A stretch of DNA of 64,000 bases from Laetmonice hystrix (taxonomy: Eukaryota): NCBI GenBank assembly GCA_965235115.1, contig OZ249436.1, positions 15,936,001 to 16,000,000 of the forward strand. The letters are read 5' to 3'. Below, piece by piece: positions 24,976 to 37,060 of this stretch. Below the pieces are notes generated by a model. That model searched no databases. It saw only the letters and a program-made list of their open reading frames with translations, and was not told where the DNA came from. Position 1 is the first letter of the stretch. Every line of letters starts with the position of its first letter. Made by a program: the position numbers and the translations under genes.

Positions 24976-27900
24976 CTATGAATTCTTCTGTGGTACCTTA
25001 ATGGTTACCTGAAATAGAGAATATCATAAGTCAATAATCATTTATAACTTTTCTCATTTGAGGAATTAAAAATGTTAATCATAAATTTCCGGCGGGACCT
25101 TGGTTTGTGAAGAACACTCAGAATATACACGTTATGAAATGTCTGAATTGGTGTCAGAGCAGAGCAAGGCGGTCAGATGGATTTACAGAGGATTGTAAAT
25201 TCACTCATGTCAATGGAAGTGTTATAGTCACCCACCGTTTTGACCTCAGTGTAAGCCTCCAGCCCGTACTCTCCTAACTCACGCCCGTTACCGGACATCT
25301 TGTAACCGCCAAATGGAGCGGCAGCATCAAAGGTATGGTAACAGTTGATCCTATCAAAGATTTCAAAGTCACTCAGGAACCATATTATTAACAATAATAT
25401 AGTACTCTACAGTAGAGTGCATTATAACACAGGAAAATGCAATACGATCTGGTAAGGAGTCATTTGCATAAGACGAAGTCGAGAGTGGCATCCTGCATTT
25501 CCCTCAGCTTGGCGAGACCAATGTCAAATTGATAATGGAAATCAAAATTGACAGATTTGGATTAGCAAGGATTGACAATGTCAGATATTCAGAGTATCCC
25601 AGGGTATCTATTATGTCAGCACTTAAATTCTCCAGATCGCAGTCAGATTTTTTCATTACTAGTGTCTTTTAAGATGTTAGGGACCGCTGTGTCGTGGATA
25701 TTCCGTGAATAACTGCCATTTGTGAGCTTACCAGACTGTCCCCGCGCGGACGCCATGAGAGATTTGCATGGCACGATCAAGGTTGGTGGTAAAGACAGCT
25801 GCTGCCAGACCATACACAGTCTTTGCTGCTCTTTCCAACACTTCTTCTGTCGTTTTGAACTTCAGGATCTGCATCACTGGTCCGAAAATCTGAAGGAACA
25901 CCAATCGTCGCAAAATATTTTAAAGGCGTACAGAATATAGTCTAGGTGTATACTTATGATTTAGGACTATCCTATGAAAAAATATACCAGACAATTTCCT
26001 TCAACCTGCAGCTGAATCTAGCACGAAAAACATAAGTTAAATCTGAAGATTTCTCGAACAGCAATTTCTTCTTCACGCAAATTTAGATACATCTAGTTAA
26101 TAAAAAATCACATTCTAGATGCGGTAGTAAACCAGCATAATCAATTATCTTGACACTCGCCTCCTCATTCGCAATAACCATGTTGTCCTGGACGTCGGAG
26201 AAAACTGTTGGTTGGATGAAATAACCACGGTCACCTACGGCATTGCCGCCCACACACAGTTTGGCGCCTTCTTTCTTTCCTTGATCAATGAATCCAAGTA
26301 CCTTGTCGAACTGCTCCTTACTCACCTGAAAACCATCCAAATACGTACCATGACGGGTTTGGCAGATATAGTAACCAATGCTAACATTAACATTGTGCCT
26401 ATAGTTGTTGGCCCTTTAGTCCATAGCTCAATCTAAGAAAAAAAACGTAAATGTCAGGCACGACAAAAGTTACTTCATACAAATGTATTTTCATGGCAGT
26501 AATTATCAATGAATAGACGAATGCCTTTTGCCGCCGCCAAATTAATAATTAGCCTACAGTACAATTTGGCTGCGTTGACATTTGAGTACATTGTAGTTAC
26601 CTGCGGGCCCTGTTCATTCCTGGCATCAAACGGATCACCAACTGTACGAGTTTTGGCCCGTTCCACACTTCGTTCCACAAATTCGTCATAAATCTGTTCC
26701 TCGACAAAGATGCGAGTTCCACCACAACAACATTGGCCCTGGTTGAAGAAGAGGCCAATGTGGGCCATCTCGATCGCGTGGTCCACTGAAAGACACACAA
26801 ACGTTAGAATGCAATAACTTTTAGAAAAGATTCTGCCACTTTATGGCAAGGAGTTATTGTTTGGATGCTTGATCCAATTCAGGACGCGCGAGGCCGTCAG
26901 AACCGTGGGGGTTACGCCCCCCCCCCCCCCACACACACACACAATCCGACAAGAACATGGATAACTGCAGACCAATCGTAAATACGATGTTAATATTCTT
27001 TGGACTGGTATATCCTTCTTTGAAATTTTTATAATCCTACTACTATAAAATTATTTGTAGAGGAGGAGGGATACAACCCGTAGAGCTATCAATACTTACT
27101 GTTGGCATCAGCTAGCACAATGTTGGGACTTTTTCCTCCGAGCTCCAGGGTCACTTTCTTCAGGTTGGATTTTGCAGCCATACTTGCAATTAATTGGCCA
27201 ATCTATATATTTTAAAAATGTTATCAATTTATAATTCCATGAAAATAACCAGAAAATCGTTTTTTGTTGAAGGATTCAAAAGAGGAACCTATAGTTACGA
27301 TAGAGTAGGCGTACTTATAAATAACTAGGTATTACTTCAAGACTAAATGTAAATTTTCTCCCGCAGTGATTTACTATCACAAGTTGCCCTACCTCGGTTG
27401 AACCTGTAAAGGCCACTTTGTCCACATCCGTATGCTCGACCAAAGCTGCTCCCGCTGTTGGCCCATAGCCTGAGATGATGTTGATCACGCCAGGCGGGAA
27501 ACCAGCCTAACCACACCAACGCCAGATATTATCTTAAATAAATTCTTTAATCACAATATATCGCTCATATTTAGCTAGACTGCAGTCTGAAAACGTCACA
27601 GTGTCGAGGTCTCACAACACAAAATTTTAGCACACAGTCATTTCTTTTTGATACAATTCACTCACCTCAGCAGCAAGAGATGCTACATAGAGAGCGGTGA
27701 GTGGGGTCTGTTCAGCAGTCTTCATCACCACAGTATTGCCCAGAGCTAAGGCAGGCCCAAACTTCCATGACTGCATCACCAGGGGGAAGTTCCACTGTAA
27801 CATATTCCATACCTTTCAGGACCCTGATAAGTGAAGTAGTTTTATTGTCATTGAGAACTGGGAATTTTTCGCTTGGATTACCAATTCCCTTTAATTCAAA

Positions 27901-30900
27901 CATTTGTTTTTGCACATAGATCTTTATGTTTATGTACACTGTCGAGATCCCCTTGCCGGTGATTCTGGCCTGACTTTGTCTTACTCTTTTTACCCAGTGC
28001 TGACCTATAGGCCTATATTTACACATGTAACCCACCGAGACACAAGGAAACTGTCGACACACCCTCTGACGTGTATCTTTACGGTGTACAAGTCATAGAG
28101 GTTCGCATACTGGTTCAGTATGACAAGACGTGTCGTTCTTCTACTTTGGAATGTGGTATTTTTTATAGGCCTAGGCCTATATAGGCCTACACACAATCGT
28201 TGCAAAGGTTGAATGCCTATACGTCATTCCTCTCTCATTTCCAGGTGAGAGACGCCAGACAAGAAACTGGGACATCGACCTGAGCCCGTCACGGTAAGGT
28301 TGCTTGTAGTGGCTGCCTGACTCAGGGGCGCCGCTGCTGGGGAGAGGGGGGGGGGGGTCCACCCCACCCCACCCCACCCCACCCCAAAAATAAGGTCTCC
28401 CCAGCCACTCTAGCTAATGGAAGGTCTATAGCCGATGATAAGGTAGGCCTAGGCCTAATTCGGCTTATTTGTCTTTAGGCCTAGATATATAGGCCTATTA
28501 TTAGGCCCCAAAAAATGATGTGAATTTTATTTATACATAATGATAGGCAATGAAACGAAAGTAATCGCATCTTGATTTTTGAAATAGGCCTACCTGTTAA
28601 ACTTTAACACATAGAAAAGTGTGTAGGCCTACACTGCTATTTTACAGCTTTTTTTAGATGCAAAAGGCCTAACACATATCAGGGTTGCCCCCTCCCAAAC
28701 ATTGAAATAGGCAGCGGCGCCCCTACATACACTGTACATCAGGAGTGGGTCTGATGAGAATACAATGTACATTGAATCTGGACTTACCGGAATAATCTGG
28801 CCACAAACACCCACTGGTTCATGGCGGGTGTATGTGAAGTAATCCCCAGCTGTAAACAATGAGTTGTTCATATTATCAAAGGCATAAACTTGTGAATGAC
28901 GCGACATAATGTCTAACCGGTTATCGATTTTCCAAAATTGTTGGATTGCTTGACAGTCTAAAACGTTTGATCAGTTGTCTTACTCAAATATCGTTCCAAT
29001 TAAGTGCATGCCTCAACTTACATCTGGCTAAAACGAAATGCTTCTAGAAAGACGGAAATTATGTTTGCCGTTTTATATTTCGTCCATTACAAAAAAACTA
29101 CAAGTTAGAAAAATAGGATAAACGCCTCTTTTAGAAAATGCAATGAAATTAAATCGAACATGGGTATCAACATGGGGATTCAATAGATTTATATCCTCTA
29201 CAACTGTAATTAAATGCTTGATAGGTTTTCTCAAATTCATTTTACTTAAAAGCATTGTGCTCCAATTTGCTAAAGAAGAGATAGGAAAGAGTAGAAAGAT
29301 TTTTATGGAAAACAAGCATGCGTTTCTCAGACAAATACACATAAATACTTGAACCCAAACCTTCATTCCCACCTGAGTTGGTAATCATACACTGACTTGT
29401 TACTGACAAATGCTGTCCTTACCAATTGGAATGGTCTTTCCGTGGTGTTTATCAGCCCAGCCTGCATAGTACCTTTAAACAGGAGTGTATCCATGGATAC
29501 AGAGTGCAGCTCCAAGGCAACTTATACTAACCTCAAAAATACCAGGAAGTGAATACAAATTTCTTCCACGGTAAGTTGAATTTATGGTACCAGTAACTAG
29601 GATTGCCGGGTGTTTACCTTGAACAGGAATTTTGATTTCCATTTTGACATAGTTAAATATTTATATCCACTCTCACCTGATGCAAGCAATTGAGAGGGGG
29701 AGATCTGCTGCCAACGCAATATGGTACGGCTTTCCATTGTCCAAAGTCTCCAAAGACTAGGTAAAGATAGGCAGATATTGCACAATGTATTTTTAGATTC
29801 TGTACTTGTTTACCTGATGCACCACATAGTGAACTCGCCGCTACACGTACATCGAAAGTGTTGTTGAGAAAGGGACAAAAGCAGGAGGGATACAATAGAG
29901 TGACACCTACAATCGGTTTCCATTTATAGTAAATCAGATATTTTGGTGAAAGTGGCGCATAAAAAGACTGATAACAGTTAGATGAAGCATCTAGCATGCA
30001 AAAACATAACTAATCTGTATGGAGAAAAAGTGGCTGCCCTAAATAAGAGACATTGAGGGCTAGTAACTTTTGATCCATCATCCAAGTATAGCAAATTTTT
30101 GACGGGAAGGTTTAAACTATTGAGGAGTTTTATATTTCAACTGTTCTTTTCCTGAGATCATACTATGAATCACATTATTTCGTTTCATAGAGCATGTTCC
30201 TTTCTGTCAAGGAAGAAGGACAATTAAAGCACAGTAGGCATAAAAGGATATTAGCTCGGAAAATCTGAAAGCTTTAATGAAACAGTACACAATAAAATCT
30301 ACTTTACTAGAATTGCCATTTTCAGTATAAGCTTCACCCAGATTAAAATTATACTAACGCATTTAACATAGTAACAAATATATATTTATGAGGACGCACG
30401 GCTAAGTAATGCATGTCGCGCTCCATGAGGTCGGCCAGTTTATAAAGCAGTCGGCCACGTTGTGCGGCGTCCATACGTCTCCACTCGGACCCATACTGGA
30501 AGGCATCTCGAGCAGCCCTCACCGCAATGTCAATGTCTGCCTTGAGTAAAAAGTAAGATTAATGAACAACGCGGTACTTTCACTTCCCCTAAAGTTTTCA
30601 GCACCATCGGAGCCCATCCAAGACTCTCAGGGCTTGGTTAGGGAGGGGGGAGGGGAGGGAAGCTGGCTGGACACTGCCACCTTCTGGTGCTTTTAAAGGG
30701 AGCTATAGTTGAAACAATGGTTAGGGGTAGATATGGCCTACTGAAAGAGGCATGCTAGCCTGTTTCTTTGAATTTTATTTTAAAAAAATGCATCGTTGCA
30801 CAGTTACATGCAAAGTTTACTTATATATAGCCAAGTATGGAATCCCCGGTTGCTGTCAGTGGAAACCAACTTGCCTACCGATGTTACCTCTTTTTAATTC

Positions 30901-33900
30901 AGAGAACATTATAAAAAAGACAAAGGGGCAACGCAATGACATATTTTGTAGACATTCTGCTATACTGAAGATGAGCATCTCAGTGTAGAACAAGGATATA
31001 TTTGCATTTGACGCTGTGCTGCATTGTCAATACAATTATGATGTATAAGGATCTGTTCCTTCTGTTCAACCATTATAAAAATAAAGGCGTTAAAAAAAGA
31101 TGCGACACTGTACCTTGTCTCCTTCAGCTACGTCACAGATCTTCTCTCGTGTTGATGGATTCACAGTCTCAAATGTCTTCCCACTGACTGAGGGCACAAA
31201 TTCGTTGTTTATAAAAAGCTAGAGATCGGAGAAAAAAACAACATGACCATAAATATTAAATTTGATATTATCAAGTAACAATACTTATCTGGTAACAAGA
31301 GTGTTAGGCTTATAGAGCGACTTGAAAAGGCCAGTGAAAACAATTAGGCCTAACCAGACGTTTAGTGTTCAAAAACTGTTAATTTCGTATTGAAAATATC
31401 AAAAATCTGTAAATTCCCACATTTTGGTGAACTCCAAAAGGTGAAACTACAATTCAGAACGGCCTGGTGATAATTTTGTATACTTTTTGGTCAAGTGCTG
31501 GTATTAATAATTGAGTACAGCCGGTAGTTTTTGTTGGAAGAGGTGAATGTACCTGACACGGATAAAACTAATCACATCACTTGATCAGTTCATGTGTCAG
31601 TGAACTGATCAACCTTTCAGACGCAGAATTCACCATGAGCACATTGGGAGTACGCCTATTCCCTCCTCGCTCTCACCATTTTGTACTAACAAATCTAGTC
31701 AACGGCACGGAAATAAATGGAACATTTTCTAGACACTGACCTGGTGGAGTGACAGTTCTGCACCGTCATGGGGCAGTTAGCCTATAATAGATCTATGTTT
31801 GTAGTAAAACGATTTTAATCTTGTTTATTGTCCCTCCGTCTTCATATACAGTCCCACCTTTGAAAAGTCAATTTCAGAGGGACGCGGATATCATTGTACT
31901 TCAATATACGCGATATATTATGTCACCGGCTTTATTTTGAGACGCGTGGGGCGACAACCAATAGGCCGAATCTACGCAATAGGCCTAGTCCTATAGGTCC
32001 TACTGGTTATAGGCCTATAGGCCTAGGCCTATAGGCCGCGCCCGTCATGTTGAGCTCGGCTCTACTATGTTTATCGTGATAGATGAAGGCCTACAAAGAT
32101 GGGGGCATGGCGGCTGCATGCGAGGCGCCTATAGATGTATAACCTATGTATCTAGTCTGAAACCCGCGCCGCGAACTTAACTGTAGGCCCTATACAAGCA
32201 GCAGCAGGCGGTCTCAGGTCATGGATGAGCGGGTGGCGAAATCTTTTTTCCCACATTAGTTCTGGACCCCCCATTATCATACAGCCAATCAGAAACAGGC
32301 CACACATGGCTATGGAATACCGGCGACGACATGCGAGATGCGAGACAGTGTGTTTGGGTTAGGGTAAAGGTTAGGCCTAGGGTTAGTGTTAGTTTTCATA
32401 GCCCAAAATTATTGTTAAATAGGCACTAATTGATGAGCAGGGGATGTGTCAATAAGAAACATTCACTGACACTGTTCGGTCCCATATCGCGAGCGATAGA
32501 GTCTGGCGTTCACTGATTGGCTGAAGCTAGAATGGGGTCCGGAACTAATGCGGGAAAAAAAATTTCGCGAGCGGGTGAGCGAGGTTGTAAACGCCGCCAC
32601 AACTCGCCAGCTGCATGCATGCCACGCTCTGGCCGTGCCATGTCTTGTGTATTTGTTACAACGCGCATCACAAAGTTTGTGCCATCAACCAGACCTCGTC
32701 TCGGAATGTATCACACAAGTCATATTCAAAAGGAATTGCAACACTGAGACGGCTTGGGTCCCGGCCCGGAGCTTGGGGTAGGCACGGTTTAGGTCCCGGC
32801 CCGGAGCTTGGGGTAGGCTATGTTATGGTGCCCTTTTTACGCGCTGAGCTAAGCAAATCCTCATCCTCAAAGCTCCATGTAGGCCGAGGCTATATGACCA
32901 ATCAGTCTTGATAGGCCTATCAAAACACAAAGTAGTTCACTCCCCTACATGGTCATAGAAACCACCTGCTTGGATGCATTTCGTCACGATTCAACCTACT
33001 TCAGTGTGTTCAGGTGTCTTAAAATTAAAAAACTTATAGGTCTTAGAGTCTGTACGAAGGGAACCAGTTACTTATAGGCCTAGGCCTACCTGCCCTCCTT
33101 CAGTCTATACGTTCTTTTTTTTATTATTTATTATTAATCATCTTTGAACAGGATATCCCACTTAACTAATAGCGCCGTTACACTGGGGGTCCTGTACACA
33201 GAATTTACAGAGCATATAGCTAATTATAGGCCTACATATATACACACATAAGTAGGCCTAACAGCTAGGCCTAGGCCTACACATCGCCACTGACACCAGT
33301 GAAATCAGTGGCGGATCCAGGATTTCAGGAAGGGGGGGGGGGCACCTTTTGGTGGATAGGACCTATAGGCTAGCCTATATCGGTGGCTCATTTTTGGGGT
33401 GTCTGGGCAGGGGTGTAGGCAGAACTGAGATGGCGGGGGGGGGGGGGTTCCCAACCGTAATATTATAGTAATTCATTTAGATCTATTTAGTTATTTAATT
33501 AGTTGTTAATTATCCGGAAACCCGGAAACCCCCCTAGCTACACCCTTGCTGGGGGCCCTCCTATAAAGGTAATTTTTGTTTAAGAACGCCAGAGACGTGT
33601 TTCTGAACATAGATCTAGAGGTCTAATATGGCAGAAGAAATTTCTCCCAAATCTTTAAACGAAATTCCCTTATTTTTATGCATGAAACATAGAAAACAGG
33701 CAAGAGTTTGACAATAGAGGGGGCTGGCAGGGCCATATAGGGGCCCTACGTAGGGGGCGGGGAAAGGGAGTGTTAAATGGCCTAGTCCCGTTTATACCAT
33801 GTGAATTCACAAAAGAACCGCATTATAGATATTTAGGCCTGGGCCCGGTTTTTTTGTTTACTTTTCCACCGTAAGCAAGGGTGAGCTGAGCTGAGCAAGG

Positions 33901-34303
33901 GTGAACAGAAGCTCATGCTCACCGTTTTGCTCACTGTTTTCGTTTTTTCGGGTGTTTTTCCGCGAGCTTGCTCACCATGAGCACGCCTCATGGAAAAAAA
34001 GCAACCCAAAAACCACGAAAACGCTGAGAATGAGCTCATGCTCACCCTTGCTCAGCTTAGCTCAGCCTTGCTCACGGTGCAGTAAACAAAAAAAAACGGG
34101 CCCTGCGGGCATAGGCGCTGCACATCGATCGAACCGGGCCTAATGAGATTAACGGCCGGAGATAGGCGGTTGATACGTACCCCTGTTGCCTTGACCTCTG
34201 GATTTCGGTTTGGCTCGACCTGCGTGGACAGGAAAACTCGGCCTTGACGTAGAAACCGACCGAGGTGTGCTCCTTGTCGAGCAAAACGGAACAGTGACGC
34301 CAT
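24976..34303 (-). CDS. ALDH2: ALDH2-like mitochondrial aldehyde dehydrogenase, copy C (complete, 14 coding exons, 520 aa)
   Basis: Exons 34181-34303, 31114-31218, 30400-30540, 29677-29756, 29423-29472, 28788-28849, 27666-27794, 27393-27506, 27100-27202, 26601-26785, 26161-26325 (GC donor), 25732-25889, 25236-25350, 24976-25008. Same exon sizes as copy B, open frame. Confidence 0.94.
32236..32568. mobile_element. 333-bp MITE with 9-bp TSD (Mutator-like), present in copy C only
   Basis: TSD gagcgggtg at 32227-32235 and 32569-32577. ~35-bp TIR gcgaaat..cccacattagttctggacccc. Empty site in copy B at ~17345. Confidence 0.88.
33841..34103. mobile_element. Foldback MITE in intron 1 of copy C only
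   Basis: gggcccggtttttttgtttac ... gtaaacaaaaaaaaacgggccc with long internal inverted arms; absent at the homologous copy B site (~18590). Confidence 0.8.
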
Positions 34304-34532
34304 CGCTAAGGGCCTGTAGACGCTATATTTGACTTTAGCTGTCGTAGGTATGGATGGACGGCACTTTAATCCACTTTGTTGCCCACTCTCTGCAGCTGCT
34401 TCATGAGTATTTATAACCCCTGATAGCCTCGGGAATGAGGCCACCTGATTGACTGAAGCAGGCGAGCTCGGCGCTGTCCGCTCGTGCGGCAGGGATGTAA
34501 GCCCATGCATATGAAGACCATAAGGTGACATC

Positions 34533-34721
34533 ACCCGCCACTCGCCCCGCTACTCGCCACTCGCCCCGCTACTCGCCCGGCCCCCGCTACTCGCCCCGCC
34601 ACTCGCCCCGCTACCCGCCGGTTAGGGTTAAGGTTAGCGTTAGCGTTAGCAGGGCGAGTGGTGGGGCGAGTAGCGGGGCGAGTGGCTAGTAGCTGGGCGA
34701 GTGGCGAGTGGCGGGGCGAGT
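34533..34721. repeat. Foldback of (ctcgccccgcta)-type arms around a telomere-like loop
   Basis: Left arm of actcgccccgc repeats, loop gttagggttaaggttagcgttagcgttagc, right arm of gcggggcgagt repeats. Confidence 0.8.
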
Positions 34722-35059
34722 CAGAACATGTTGAAATGTAGCATTAATTGTTATCTAAGAAGGGGGCCTAGATCTCGGGCCATAATGGATTCGTGCTTGC
34801 GCTCCTTGTGTGATGATATGCTCCCCTACTGGCCTTCAGTGCGCATGCGCATTAGGACTAACAATATTGCTGGCAACGGAAATCGAACTGCATGCTCGGT
34901 TCGCATTTTCAAACGTCTGATTTGTTAAATATATCAGATAAAAAAAACAAACAAAAAAAGTTAGCAGTGGAGCGGTTTGATGAGAAGGAATACACCAATT
35001 CGATCGAACGGCATGTCAGTCCCTGTTTGCTGGCAACTGGGACGATACTCAGTCAACAA

Positions 35060-36400
35060 TAGGATGGGCTGTAAATAGACCCCTCAATCAATCATTGAAC
35101 AGGTCTTCAATCAAGAGTTCCGTGAAAGGACAAGAGACGATAAAGCCAAACATTTCGTTGAAGACAACAAGTTCATGGGCCTGCACGTGTGCTTGCAGCC
35201 AGTACGAAGTTTGAGGACGGTCACTATTAAATTCCGTTACCTTTCAGAGACCCGGATGTTAAACGGGCTCATTTGGTCTAAACCCACAAAAATTGCTCTT
35301 CCAAAGAGCGTTGATTGTTTCTATATAGTTTAGACACATTAAAAACTATTTGCACTATACCGTAGAGACGTATTTAAGCGCCAATTTTCACGAGATTCAG
35401 AAATGTTTTGACAGTTCATTGTCTCAAAGGGCCTGCCCACTGAAGGCACGTGGCGTGTGTTTACTGACGTGATACTTAGACTTACACCGCGCGCATGCGC
35501 GTCATGTTTGTTTTGGACTGAAATGGCTCCGAGGATGGACCAGCCACTCGATGTAGGCTACAGTAGTTGTATACGGGGCGGTGCCCGACGCTGTCACTCA
35601 GAGAAGACGCGAGTGCCCTGACCTACAACCGTATTAGCTATAGATCTATGCATTTGGTTGAATAGAATTAGACTCACTGCATACGAATTGGAATTAAGTC
35701 GGATGTCACAAATTTGTTCATGTAAATAGCCTACTTATTGACCACCCAGGGACAGATGCAAGGTATATGTCTGAAAGTCATAGATAGATTTTGCTGAAAG
35801 GATGCCAGATTCAGAGTTGGAATGTGAACCAGGCAAAATGTGGTATATACCACATGACGGAGCCTACCACCCCCGGAAGGGCAAGATTCCCGCAGGTTTG
35901 GACTGCGCAGCACAATTTTGGGGCAACTTGTGGCACTTATGGCTGACATCGAAGTTTTCAGAGGTAGACTGTGCCAAACAACTACAATAACATAGATTAT
36001 CAACGATTCCTATGATGGTCGGGCAATGACACAAGTAAACCAATGAAGAAATACCTTAAGAATGTCTTTGGCGATGTTGTCAACACAGTCCACTCCTAAA
36101 AAACGACCTGCTGAAGTCGGTGTATAAGAAATACGTTTGGTGACAGATCTGGTATATGTGCAGATTTCCAAGTAGGATCCGATTTTCTGTGGCAATCGCT
36201 GAACTACTGGCCTGACAGTAAAGCCATGTGCTGCTGGGAGACGACGCAGTCTTCCATGAGTAGGACTAGGAGGGCGGTTGGGCGAATCAACAATATCGAA
36301 GGAGGCAACTTGCCAAGGCATGCACACAATGATCTTGCCGAAGGTAATACACGTAAGCCTATCGATGCTTATCCTCAGGCACATTCACAAACGCAAATTC
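35060..36400 (+). mobile_element. Degenerate BEL/Pao retrotransposon pol remnant
   Basis: KFEDGHY*IPLPFRD (~35210), WYIPHDGAYHPRKGK..DCAA (Pao RT-adjacent motif), LMADIE, FGDVVNTVH..DLLKSV, YW.DS; interrupted by stops and frameshifts. Integrase-like RPLTPNMLL resumes at ~37085. Confidence 0.75.
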
Positions 36401-36479
36401 ACGATTTATATATATAAATATGTCTGAATTCGGCAATTTGGTATACATCCAAATGATCCCCTTTAAGATTTTAATAACT

Positions 36480-37060
36480 TATTAAATCCTGATCAAGGAG
36501 GCTTCAGAAAAGCCCTATCTACAATCTCAACCATCTTAAAAATAACAGATGATAACGGCCACAAATAACTCAGAAGCTACGCTGGCAGTATTTATAGACT
36601 TTTAAAAGACATTTGACACTGTTAATCACGATATACTTTTGAAAAAGCTCTCATGTTTTGTCTCTAAAAATGCAGTTGCATGGACGCGAGATTACTTATG
36701 TGAAAGAACACAATCTGTCTACGTTAACAATCTGGTGTCTAATTTATTGACTCTCTCCTGCGGTGTACCACAAGGATCAATTTTGGGCCCACTTTTATTT
36801 CTGTGTTATGTCAACGATATCTCTTCTTATGCTGTAAACTCTTCTGTGAAACTCCATGCTGATGACACTATGATGTATATTTCCGGATCTGACTTCGATA
36901 AAATGACCCTACTTCTTCAAGAAGACTTGAATATCCTGACTATAAATACTAAGAAAACTAAAATAATGGCCTTTGCTTCCCCACAGAAAGTAAAGATCCA
37001 CCCGAGTCCTGTACTTAAAATAGCAAATACTTTTTCTTCTGTGGAGTATACTCATAACGA
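36480..37060 (+). mobile_element. Non-LTR retrotransposon reverse-transcriptase fragment (CR1/L2/Jockey-type), degenerate
   Basis: QGGFRK..ST, AVFIDF*KTFDTVNHDILLKKL, GVPQGSILGPLLFLCYVND, LHADDT. Confidence 0.88.

Larger units (their letters stand above)
23522..35039. repeat. Segmental duplication unit 2 (contains ALDH copy C)
   Basis: Direct-repeat partner of 7500-21068, including introns and flanks. Confidence 0.9.

Noticed and set aside
34052..34534. 160-aa ORF suggesting an N-terminal extension of copy C
   Set aside because: The upstream frame is not conserved in copy B. The shared ATG gives the same 123-nt exon in all three copies.
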